DNA of 64,000 nucleotides from Oopsacas minuta (lineage: Eukaryota; Animalia; Porifera): NCBI GenBank assembly GCA_024704765.1, contig JAKMXF010000360.1, positions 62,160 through 126,159 of the forward strand, in the 5' to 3' direction. Every line of letters begins with the position of its first letter. Positions within the stretch are counted from its first letter, which is position 1. Position numbers and translations under genes: made by a program. Below are positions 22,693-34,608 of the stretch, piece by piece. Below the pieces are notes generated by a model. That model saw only the letters and a program-made list of their open reading frames with translations, had not been told where the DNA came from and did no database searches.

Positions 22693-24020
22693 CAGCGGTT
22701 CTCAAACTATTTTTTGTCGTGACCCTCTTTTCTAACATTTTTGGTACTGAGTTATTTTGTGACCCTATAAGCTAAAAATTGTTTTTACATATGAAAATAT
22801 TATTTATTTCGAAAACCATCTAAACACAATTCACACAATGTTTATACTTTGTCACTCAAAAAGAACTATATCTATAACCTATATTCACTAAATCATTAAT
22901 CAGTTTCAATGTGTGGGGTGTGTTTGTTTGTTAATTCTGAGATCTATGAAGTGTGGCTTTACGTTCTGGACGAGAGTGAGTCCTAAATGGTGCCCCACGT
23001 GCAGGCGATCTCTGGAATTTGTTTTCAGAGTAGTATGTGTACTGAAACCAATATCGCAACCCCATGTTGTAGAATAAGGTATCAACACTTTGAGGGCATG
23101 CTTGGCCAGAATGGGATAGGTCGAATGAAGGCATGCCCGGAAATTACATGTTGACTGTTCTTGAAAATGGATTCGATTAGTTGGTTCATTAGTTGTATCT
23201 ATTATCTGTTCTGCCACTCCTAACGGTAGGAAGAAAGGCAACTTTGCTCAACTAAGAACGGTTTAATTAGCCAATCATATTCATCAGTAGAAATCAGTGA
23301 ATTTCCTAAGTACTGATCAAATTTGGTGCTTAGTTGTACTAAATGAGCATAGATAACTTCTCCCTTTTGTATTGATAGTATATTATGTTCAACAATAAAT
23401 GTAGCTAATACAGGGAACATTTCAAAGTTGTTTTTCTCCACATAGGTTTTACATAGCTTAAGCTTTTGATAGAAACTTCTAGCCTTTGCAGCTTAGCTAA
23501 TGGTAGTGAATTGTACGCCCTGCATAGATCGGTTGAAAGTATTCAAGTGCTCAAAAATATCAGCAAGATAAGCTAAGTTGGGCAACCAGGTGTCATCGGA
23601 TAATTTACTGCCAAGATATGTTTCTCTAAATGCAAAAACTCAGCAAATTCTTCTCTCTGTTCCGTTACTCTGTTCATCACACGACCACGAGATAACCATC
23701 GAACTTCAGTATGTAGAAGCAAGGCTTTATGTTCTGCCCCTATTTCGTCACAAAAGGCAGTAAACAGTCTCTGTGTAAGTGGTCGATCTATGACAAAGTT
23801 AACTATAGATAAACATTCTTCATTGGTTCATTCAGAATTGGAGAGAAGTTCTTAACCAATAATGGTTCACGATGGATGGAGCAGTGTGTCCACTTAGCAT
23901 ATTTAGCAAAATCTTGGATTCGCTGCACAACACCATTTCTGATACATGTGCAGGCAGCAGCATACCATTCTTTAAAAACGTTTCATATAAGCAGTTAAAG
24001 CATATACATTTATAATCGAT
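22693..24020 (-). mobile_element. Truncated hAT transposon, Buster/Charlie type, degraded transposase
   Basis: Terminus CAGCGGTTCTCAAACT at 22693, preceded by accTAtac (fits the nnnTAnnn Buster target pattern). Fragments FCDEIGAEHKALLLHTEVRWLSRG, LAYLADIFEHLN and YPILAKHALKVLIPYSTTWGCDIGFS...KQTHPTH. The other end is not seen. Confidence 0.85.
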
Positions 24021-24049
24021 CATCTATATTACATTATTGTAGGAAATTA

Positions 24050-24459
24050 AGTTATTAGAGGACCCCGTCTGAAGAAGGGCACTCACTATTTCCTACATTT
24101 TATCTATGTAAATCTTGGGTCCATATAGATAATAGACACATGGAATCTCAAGGACAAAACCTGCCCCTCGGTTTATTGGTTTAGCTCTAACATCAGCAAA
24201 GGCTTTGTTTACGTCTCTCCTTCAAAAATTGAGAAATTCTTGGTGCAAGATTATAAGGAACATACCCTACAACCAGGCCGTATTTCATAACTGAAACTGC
24301 ATACTTATCTTTAATATTTTCTGACTCCCTGATTAAGTTTAAACGTTCTCCTTCCTCTGGAGTCCAAATATTCATATAAGCATGGTAACCTCTCACAAAT
24401 GATTTGATTTCTAACTTTTCCAACTTAAAAGTACATGAATTTGTTGCCATAGCTAGCAT
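24050..24459 (-). pseudogene. HIRAN-like domain ORF with frameshift and stop
   Basis: SFVRGYHAYMNIWTP..GERL...RESENIKDKYAVSV...VVGYVPYNLAPRISQFL, continuing after a frameshift as RGAGFVLEIPCVYYLYG. Matches a recalled metazoan HIRAN-like family pattern. Confidence 0.65.
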
Positions 24460-25101
24460 TACTGTATTATTGATATGAATTGTGCCTACTAGAATACCTG
24501 TATTATACTTGGTAACATTAAAATTCCATCTATATGTTAAATGACCATGAAATTTCTAACAATCATGTCATTCTTCTAACGTTTTTGATTACTATACCGT
24601 GTTGACTTGAATAATTATACAATATTGATTTTGTCCTAGCATTATTTACTTTTGAATGGCATCAACCTCAAACAAAAAGAAAAGATATTTAACGCTACAA
24701 ATGAGAGGGGATCTAATCAAGACACGTGAAAAAAATCTTGGAATTAAAATGGCAGCCTTAGAAGAGATTTTTGGATGTGGACACAAATATCTAAAATACT
24801 GAGGAATAAGGATTCTGGTGCAATTGCAGAATCTTACACCCCCCAACTTTTTTAATGTGGTCAAAAATCCCTATATGCACCGTTCAAGAACTCGTTGAGA
24901 GAAGTTGATAGAGCTAAAGAAATCCAAAATCGGACCAAAATTAACAAAGTTACGAAAATTTACTCCATAAGCCAAATCCTATGGGGAAAATTGTATTACT
25001 CACTATAGTCAAATTGTATTGATTTATACATTACAATTATCATAGGAATGCGCATACTGTTGATACTGCGGTTATACACGCTTGTTACTCTACTCTTTCA
25101 N

Positions 25102-26001
25102 TACAAAATTTCAAAGTTCACTATCGCCGTTTTTTCCTAAGATATGTTCTTGCCAAGATTGATGAATGCGACACAGCATCTGATGTTTCTAAATCAGTGA
25201 ATGTACTTAGAGCAATCCAATGGGTAGCCAATGCTTGGGACATGGTTAAACCTGAAACTATCTCTAAATGTTTCATGAATGCTGGCATTTTGAGTGGTTC
25301 CATGGACGTTATTAATCGTGGACTCAACGAAAATGATGACAGCAATGACCCATTTTAGAATCAGATCAGTATCTAATAGGACTACAGACTCTTATTGACA
25401 AGACCGTTCATGAAGGTTGTAACATAGATGAATATATACAATGCGAAGGGGATCTACCAGTGTGTCAAAATCTAGATTGTGATTGGGAAGACAATTTTTT
25501 GAAAGATATCGGTCAACCTGCGGAAGAAGGTGAGATCACAGATCCTGAAAGTGACCATGATGTAGAAATTGTAGAGGATACTTCACTTGTGTTGAACACA
25601 TATAAAAAGGTGATAGTGGCCCTGGAAAACGTTCAAAAGTTCTTGGAAGTGCATGGCCACGGAGCGGAGGCATCGGGGATTGCTGCCACGATAGAATCAT
25701 GCGTGGAGTACAAGATCAAGGGATTGGGATTGAGCCAATCAACCCTCAGTGATTTTGTTTTTTTAGTATTTATTAGGTCGCCAGTAGTAATCGGTTATAG
25801 GAACATCACAAGTAGAGAAAAACCTATTTATAACCAATTTAGATTCCACTAGCCGATGTTCTATAACCGATAACTACTCTATTAGTATCGATATATGCTA
25901 TTTTAGTTTTTGAATAATATATTATGGGTGTATATGTGCAACCTCCGAATAGCGGCACAGAATCATTCTCCCGATGGTTGCCGCTTTGAGAGGTTTACCT
26001 G
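25102..26001 (+). mobile_element. pogo/Tigger (TIGD-like) transposon 3' remnant with right terminus
   Basis: QNFKVHYRRFFLRYVLAKID...VNVLRAIQWVANAWDMVKPETISKCFMNAG is the DDE_1 C-terminal region. Terminal ggttgccgctttgagaggtttacctg|TA at ~25976-26003. The left side ends at the single N (25101). Confidence 0.8.
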
Positions 26002-26239
26002 TACTATGACATTAATTTCAGCACATGCATTGAGTATTTTTAAATACATGGTTCTTTGAAGTGTAGACTCTATAGTTACAGATTTAGTGTATAGCCTCGT
26101 AACCTGGGTCCGCCAGTATAAACTGGGATGTTACTTTATTATTCTGATCATGAATGACTAGACTAGCTTTTTCTGTCTTTACTAACTACTCTGTAAATTC
26201 AAATTCTAGTATTTATCCTATTCTGTCAGATCTAAGCTG

Positions 26240-29046
26240 ATGTACAGCAAGATGTCTGCTAGTAGAGTCTGGTACTTTATTCTTCTATTTCTGTCTTCTA
26301 TTATAATCACTGCCAGTGAGTATTAATTATATTAATTATTATTATTAACACCTCAAGATTTACACAAGATAGTTATTATTTATATTTCTAGGTATAGTGA
26401 CTCAAGACCCTGCACTAGCTTGTGTAGGAGACAGAGTAACAGTCAGCTGTAACCTGAGTGTTCCTAATCCTGGTGATATCTTTCTGTCTTCTATTACCGA
26501 TTATATTGTTGGGAATTCTGATCCCATTTCTAGTACAGTCATCAATTCTAACGGTACGGCAGGAGGTGTTAATCTGTCCAAACTAACAGCTGAATCACCA
26601 TTTAGTAATGGAATTTATCGGTCAGGAACAATAACTCTTCTATCTTATACTCTTGCTTACAATGGTCTAACTCTTGGTTGTGGTACCGATTATTTTATTA
26701 ATGGAGAATCTAATAACAGAGCTACTCTAACAGAAACTATTAATATCCAACAAGCTGGTTAGTTGAGGATGTTATTAACTCTCATTATTATCTTATTTAA
26801 TTAACAAATATGCTTCCTTCTAGCCCCTCCTTCCCCTCCTGTCCCTTTAACAGCTGATTTTAACTCTACCACTTGTTCTGGTACTGTAGAGCTATCATGG
26901 ACACCTGGAGCTAGTGACAGACCTATACAGATGTATTACCTGTATTTGAATGGAGTACTGATAGATAGTATCAGTTCTGTTATGGACTTATATTCTCATG
27001 GTATTACTATACAGAGAGATACAGATTATAATTATTCTGTTGTTGCTATGAGTTGTGCTGGTAACTCTACTGAAGCAACAGCTGATGTTATAACCCTTGA
27101 TGGTTTGTTATTTGTTTTCATATGTGCTGATGTTTGAGTTCTGGGAGGACTGGAGTATATCATTGGTGGGTAACTATAGAGGCTCCACTAGGGATCCTTG
27201 TCAGTTTCGACCACACCCTAGTACAAAAAGTATAGTGCGGGTAGACATGACGTAATCTTTGCTCACCCAGATTCAAGAGCCTAGTTGCGTCAATGTAATG
27301 ACTCCTTGTCTCACTCAAATAGAGGCTGGGTCCTGTAAAGATCGGCTCCTATTTTTCTTGTGTCAAATGATGTATCTTATATTAGAACTCTTTTAATATA
27401 GCTCCTCCTCCTTCCCCTCCTGTCAATCTATCAGCTAATCTCTCTGTATTTGACTCTATAACTTGTTCTGGTACTGTAGAGCTATCATGGATACCTGGAG
27501 CTAGTAACAAACCCATACAGATGTATTTCCTGTTTCTGAATGGAATACAGATAGATAGTATCAGTCCTGATATTAACTCATATTCTCATGTTATTACCCT
27601 ACAGGGAAATACAGAATATATTTATTCTATAGTTGCTATGAGTTGTGCTGGTAACTCTATTAACACAACAGCTGATACTATAACTCTTGATGGAGGTTTG
27701 TTATTTGTAAGGTTGCAAACAAATATTATTTGGCGAATAATTTAATATCCAATGCCAATCTATTATATCAGTATTCTGTTAGAATGCTATTAATGAATAC
27801 TGATATAATATCCGGTTTGAGCGGTTTCAACCTTGGTTATTTGTTGCCTTTATTTGTTATTACCTTATACGTAAACTCGTTATTCTAGCCCCCCTTCCTC
27901 TCCTCCTGTAACACTCTCTGAGTCTAATAATAACTGTACTAACATTGTAATCAGCTGGACTACTCCTGTTAGTGATAGAGATATTATAGAATACTCTGTG
28001 TATCGTAATAATACATTCTTAATTACTACAACAGATAATAATTACACAGATACTAATCAGCTGACTATCAATACAGTATATGAGTACTCTGTTACCGCTA
28101 TCAGCTGTGCTGGTGACTCTACTCCTGGTGTTACTCTTGTTAGTATAGGAGGATATGAGTTATCTAATGATTCCTTAGCTCTCAGTTTTAACAATAATAG
28201 CTTAGAAGCTTATTTAACTTGGGTAAGTTTGATTTGTGTTTAAGTATTTCTGTAATTACAGCACAGTGATTGTGGATTCTCTTAGTAGCTGAGTCCCTAA
28301 TTACATATTTACTCTATTATACAATCTTTAGACCCTTAAGATGGATTCAGTAGATCCTATCCTCATCACCTACTCACTCAATCTTTATTATTTCTATACT
28401 ACCACTCAAAAGGGAATCACGAGTAATTATTCGGATACATATCCATTCACACAGCTATCTACTGACACTAACTTTACTCAAGCTATAACTACTCCTGACT
28501 TGCCTGGTAATATATATTTAAATATTACAGCTTATATACAAATAACAGAGCAATGTGGACAGCAATACTCTGGGATAAGAATACAGGGAGATTATCATAC
28601 AGGTAGTATACTTATTCCTTATTATGTTTAATTCTGTTTCAATAATTTATCACTTCTTTTCTCCTTTTTCTACTCAGTATTCACTGTTACAGGTAATACA
28701 ATGGTTATTGTTTGTTTTAACACCTTTTAGATATTATCTTCTGTATCTTCTAGACTCTCTTGTATCTCTTCTACCAGCTGTAATAATCTTAATAGTAATA
28801 ATAATAATAATATTAATAATATCAATATCAGTTATAGCTGCTATGAGTATAGTTATAGTGATAATGTACAGGAAGATACAGAGTATTAAGTCTACTGATA
28901 AACCTACAGAACCAGCACATAACTATCAGTATATTGATATGGATAAATTAACACCTGGATCTACTCCTAAACAAGAGGACCCTTACTACACCCCTATGTC
29001 TCCTACAGGCACAGAATCTAGACCTGACTATGGTAACTTGAAGTGA
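26240..29046 (+). CDS. Type I membrane receptor: signal peptide, Ig-like domain, 3 FN3 plus an FN3-like stalk, TM helix, cytoplasmic Tyr motifs
   Basis: Signal exon 26240-26315 (MYSKMSASRVWYFILLFLSSIIITA). Ig-like exon 26392-26757 (VTVSC...LTLGCG). FN3 exons with SWT...Y.YSV.A.SCAG.S. Long hydrophobic TM (LLPAVIILIVIIIIILIISISVIAAMSIVIVIM) then YRK and a tail with YIDM, YTPM and YGNL. Confidence 0.8.
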
Positions 29047-29654
29047 CAATATATTCTTGTAAATATGTTTATATTTCTTTATATTTTTGTGTTTTTGAAG
29101 CTTATTTGTATATTTGAAAGTTGAACTTTTATTTACTTCTAATTTGATTAATATTGTTTATTTTCATACACAATATAGTTATAGTAATACACAGCTGTAG
29201 GAGACAGTACAGTTGGTCAGGTTTCAACCGAATTAATACTTGGACTCCTAATAGAAATAGAATTAGTAACCGCACTAGTTGTAATCTTGCTACTGTCTTA
29301 TACTACTAACAAACAAACAAACACTGTATCTAATTCTTCTGGTTATTATTACGTCATACTATTACACACAGGTTGCCAGACTTTTAATCGTTTGTACAAT
29401 ATACTTAATCTGTACTCACATATCTTATGATATTTGTTACAATGCTAGTCACTAAAAGAATGATATTCAGGGCTTTTCGGATTAGCTAGGGTATACAACA
29501 AGCGGTTCCCAACCTTATAACCCAGTGATACCCAATTTTAACACCCTCTCCTGTCGCCCCATGGTGTCGTCCGTGGACTCCCAAGGACCCCTAACTTTGT
29601 CATAATTGAAATGACAGAACAATTTCGTAATTTCTTAAATAAAACAAAAGTTGT

Positions 29655-30954
29655 TTACACCTTGTCAATAGAATTATAAGTATTATGTTTGTGTGTATTA
29701 TCTTCTCCAGTCAGGAGTCCTACTTTAGAATTCCTCCTCTTCCTTTTAAGATAATTCTTAGGCAGACCGCTAATGATATTCCTCTCCCTTGCTTTAACTC
29801 TACATAGCATTATCATACAGCATACAGCTGATAAGATTAGTACTACACCAATACATAAGAGGATTAGTAGAAATATCATCTGCATTGGATCTATTGGAAT
29901 ATAGTAGAATACGGATGTGACGTATGTAAGTCTTATACGAATAGAGATTGTATTAAACTAATGAGCACGTTATTACGTATAACTCACTATTAAATATTCC
30001 CATTCCTCCATTAGCTATATCCAGACTATTAACCTCCGCTATAACTTCATGTAACTGGTATCTGAGAGCTGATATTGTAGGGTAGGTGTTACGTGATCCT
30101 CTGTATAACATGACGTCACTATATTTATTATATTCTGTTATGTTAATTTGTATATACACTGTGTCTATTAGTACTATTGAATTGTTAGGTGTATTATAGT
30201 TGATAGCTTCTATTAGAATACTGAATCTACCCTGAAGATACAAATAATATTAGATTTGTTGTTGTTTATGCTCTCCTTAATTAATTAAGAGTATTATTTA
30301 TCAAGAAACTACTCATATTATTAGTACAGTCACCTCCTGTAATACCAAACACGGATATATAGAAATACCCGCTTATATCGAAGTGTGAATTATACAAATA
30401 TATTCACACATATTTCATCTCAGTAATTATTACGGCTCCTTAGCTCCGAATTATAACAGCTGAATTGATTGTATGCTAATAGTGTATGGACAATACATTC
30501 CAACTAACATTAAAGGTATCCAGGGTGTTGTATTTAACAGGATTACTCTCTCTTCCTATTCTATCATCAAATGTAACGTTATTAACACGTGTATAAGGTT
30601 CTGTTATAACTATAGGATATACTGTATAAGGAGAGCTACAGTCTAGAGTTGTTGATGACTGTTCTAATATTACACATATCCTAAGGGCAGGATTACAATT
30701 ATTGTTACAATAATCTCCATTGTATAATCTCCCTCTTGTGTTGAAGTATTTGTAGTCTATTGAGAGGTGTTTTGTAGCGATAGATGTGGTCTATAATTAT
30801 ATTAATAATTCGTAATATCTACTACACTGGAGTCCTCCTATTAGCAAGCTGTATTTTGAAGGAATTCCCTTGCTAACACGCGTACTTGTTGTTTATATCT
30901 CTAAATACTTACCAAATAATTAACTACAATAATAATACACAAATAAGCAATCAT
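29655..30954 (-). CDS. Membrane protein with a Notch-ligand N-terminal (MNNL/C2-like) domain, no DSL or EGF repeats; ~268 aa, 4 exons
   Basis: Exons 30954-30913 (signal MIAYLCIIIVVNYL), 30790-30509, 30231-29988 and 29890-29655, with compatible phases. YFNTRGRLYNGDYC...ALRICV...SNPV...FN|GRFSILIEA parallels Delta FVNKKGLL..NCC...FFRVCL...SNPI..F.WPGTFSLIIEA. TM is IFLLILLCIGVVLILSAVCCMIML. Confidence 0.7.
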
Positions 30955-31140
30955 ATCTTTTCAATAAATCCATTATCCTCTCTGTAATATATAATACAGA
31001 TAGCCTACAGTTATGTCATGTGATAGATTAGTGGCTGTATCCATGCGTTACATAACCTGTTAGGTATGTCTTTGATTTATTAATATTACCCATATATTCC
31101 CTCATCTATCATTTACATATATCAAAATAATACAGAATAT

Positions 31141-31183
31141 TCATATAGAAATTATAATATATACTATGAAGAATAATAGCAAA

Positions 31184-31214
<31 letters not shown>

Positions 31215-33266
31215 ATGCTAGAAGAATATATTATTCATAAATTGTTGTTGTTATAGAATTTGTAAATATTTGTTTACCTGAATTTGTTTCATCTACTGTT
31301 GGCTCAGTTACAGTTGTGTAAACAGTTGTTGTTTGTATTGTTGTTGTCATAGGAGAGTCAGTGGGATTATCTGTAAACAAATAAATACAGTTAACTCCTG
31401 TCATATCTAACACGGATAAATAGAAATACCCGCTATATCGAGGTGTGAAATTGTACAAATATAGTAACATGTTCTATTGGTTATATCTAAGTAATTATCG
31501 GGTCCCTTGAGCTTAGATATTACTGGAGTTGTCTGTATTACCCAGTTTCTTACCTTCCCCTGTTCCCAAATCCTGTCCACACTGTCTAATCAGCATAATC
31601 ATAGCAGTAATCTTATTTGGTAACTCATCAGCTGATACATCTACAGGTTCATATATTATAGAGCTAGTAGAGGTGTTGTTAGACAGCTGAGTGAATGTTA
31701 TTGTTTGTGTAATGTTTTGCTGAGTATATGAGTAGTTAAGATGTAGCTTATATGTTAATGATAATAGAGGGGGGGATGGTAAGGTGTTGGAGAGAGACTG
31801 TAAACAAATATATTAGGGAAGGTGTTACTATCTATCTGTTATATATTATCTTACATTACAGGTGACAATATATGAGTATAACTCACCCAATCAGTAGTTA
31901 GTATCCCAGCTGTTCTGTCATATGATATCATCAATGAATTGTTTACTATTGAATACTCTACACACAAACAAATATATACAATTTAACACCTTTGTTGTTA
32001 CTGCTAGTGAAGTGGTTGGGGGTTGCCCTCCTGACGATTCCCTGAAATGGGATGAAACCACCTTGACAACGCTATAACCTCTATGATATGTGATATATAC
32101 TCACCTGGTATAGATATCTTGCTAGTATATCCATGTGTAGAGTTACCAGCACAGCTAGTGGCTACTACAGAATAGATATAATCTGTATTCAGTAATAGTT
32201 CTGTATTATCTGTATAGCTATTAGAATCTACTGTTGATATAACAGCTCCATTCCTATACACCGTATACGTATCTATGGATCTTTCTGATACAGAGGGTAG
32301 CCAGGATATCTGTATGTTGGAGCAGGTATCAGCTGATAGAGTGGATAGTGTTGATGTTGGTGATACACTTTCAGGTACAACTACAGGTGTTTGTTGTTAT
32401 TTACGTTTGTATTAACATAATTATATAATTACTCACCAGCTGGTCTCATCATTTGTCCGGTAACTAGAGCCTCTGTAGTTTGAGCATTATCCAGAAATGC
32501 ATGACAACCAAACACAATACTACTGTCAGATGGAATGTATGATATATTTAACCAAGCGCCTGGCATTTCCTTGGTAACATTAAGTCCTGTATAATCCCCT
32601 ATGTATCTGCTGGTATCTAGGTTTAAGAGGTGTAGTGTGGTAGGGAAGGTAGGATTAGATCCATTGAATGATATCTGAGCTGATGTGAATAGACTCTTGT
32701 TAGGAATGTCTGTTGGTACTATTATAATGCAAACCATCTGGACAGTCTCTCCGGTACACAGGGGGTGATCTGGGGTGAAGGACATTGTGTTACCTAGAGG
32801 TGTTAAAATGTGTATATTTACGTATGCATACTTGCCAATCTTCCCTGGGATTTTACAAGAAATCCCAGGAAATTATTTTAAGGTGTTGCTATTACGTAAT
32901 TGTCACCATATTTAAGATACCTCATTAACCATAATCTTATAATATAGGAAGTATTAATAATCCTAAGCCTTATAAGTTATATCTGCTATTAGCACTCAAT
33001 TAGCTGTCAGTATAGTAATGTAAGGCTTTATCACAGCTGTTTAGTACTGTTATTATTTATTATTTTAATTTGGACAAATATTGTTTACTGCAGGAGGTGT
33101 GATGATTAATCATATGAGACTCTCTCTACAGAGGACAACTGCATACACCCATTGTATCCGTTAGTAAGAGCTCCCATTAATTACTTAATATCTTACTGAG
33201 TGCTGGTGTAAAAAAGCTGTATAATAATATGAATATCTGTATATACTGTCTGTATGCTAACATCAT
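31141..33266 (-). CDS. Ig-like + FN3 surface protein, paralog of 26240-29046, with Thr-rich stalk and C-terminal hydrophobic end (tail-less or GPI-type)
   Basis: Signal exon 33266-33197 (MMLAYRQYIQIFILLYSFFTPAL). Ig-like exon 32793-32437. FN3 exon 32380-32105 (ISWLP...YIYSVVATSCAGNS). Thr-rich exon near 31290-31370. Last exon 31217-31141 encodes ASTTTTTTTTTILLLFFIVYIIISI*. Confidence 0.7.
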
Positions 33267-33268
33267 CC

Positions 33269-33330
<62 letters not shown>
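33269..33330. repeat. (TTG)20 microsatellite
   Basis: Perfect trinucleotide run read directly, ending a few nt upstream of the minus-strand ATG at 33266. Confidence 0.95.
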
Positions 33331-33331
<1 letters not shown>

Positions 33332-34219
33332 ATATTCTAGATAATACAGTTATTTGTAATTACAACAATAATAATCTGAGATAACAAATACGCAAACAGG
33401 TTGCCAGAGACGCCGAAAAATGCTAACCAGTTTCTGCCATTTGCCTGTTTGTGGCTGTTAGATTGTGTATGTAATATTTATTATATCCCAGTTCATAAGT
33501 AACTAACAGTCATTCTCTAAATGTCTGTTATTGTCAATTCTTACTGTTTGTATTTACCTTTATTGTTTGTTTGATATATAATTAATCAGAAGAATCACTT
33601 CATTTGAATATTAATCTACTTAGCTAGCTATTTATACGACACACTAGCAGCCATTAAACCTCTTCTTATCTGCTATATTCCCGGAGATTATATTATTAGA
33701 GTTCTTACTAGCTAGCTAGCTAGCTAGTAGTGTAATTATTCGTGTATTTATTGCATATTTTATTCATTACGTTAGATCTGCTAGAGATAGCAAGCCCTAT
33801 AATATTAGAGAAATATTTTAGCTGAATATTGCATTCTTGAAGATATTTTGTAGAATTGATTAGCTGTGATATTTTGAGTTTTTAAGGCTGCATTTATCGG
33901 CATTTGTGGCCAATTATTACCTCAATATGATCCCCTTTTGATCCGTATGGATCATTTTAGCACCCTATTAAATATATATTATATGATTATGTGTATATTA
34001 ATGGAATATGCTTCTCTCTACACACATCACTAGCTTATTGAAATTATATACCAAATATGTCCAGTATAGTCTCTGTAGGCCCAATATTGATATAATATGA
34101 TTAGAATTATACTTTGGATATTTTAATTACTTAAGTTATGTGGAGTTGTTTGTGTTTATCTATTTTGTTGTGTTTTGTAGACAGAGTTACTGCTCAAAGT
34201 AAGTTATGGGGATTATGTA

Positions 34220-34363
34220 CAGTCAATGTATGCCGGTTGTAAGAACACCGCATATAAGCACCATCCTCTGGATAACGCTACTCATATATTCCTGTATATG
34301 TATACCGACTATAACAACATGTATTACTACTCCAAAGTATGTTCTTATAACCGGTATATACTG
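34220..34363. mobile_element. Tigger/pogo-like MITE family A, full copy (partial copies at ~38231-38330, ~39878-39970, ~49524-49606, ~54397-54437)
   Basis: TA|CAGT...gccggttgtaagaacac ... tgttcttataaccggtatatactg|TA. The internal gagtagcaatacatgttctta(t/g)aaccgg block recurs in the listed intronic copies. Confidence 0.8.
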
Positions 34364-34608
34364 TAAATGATTATTTAGTTATTAACACCTATACCCAGGG
34401 GGCCAGGCCGCTTATACGCGCTAAAATTTGAAGAATACTTATAGGCCCGCGAAATTCTAAATATAACTACATAATACACGATAAGATATTGAAGTATTAC
34501 TACTCGCTGGCATGTGGTGGAAAATTCTTTTAAGCTGGTTAATAGTTAGGTGTTATGTTATTAATCTTCATTATATGAACTATTAATTAACACCTTAATA
34601 TCCTCTAG

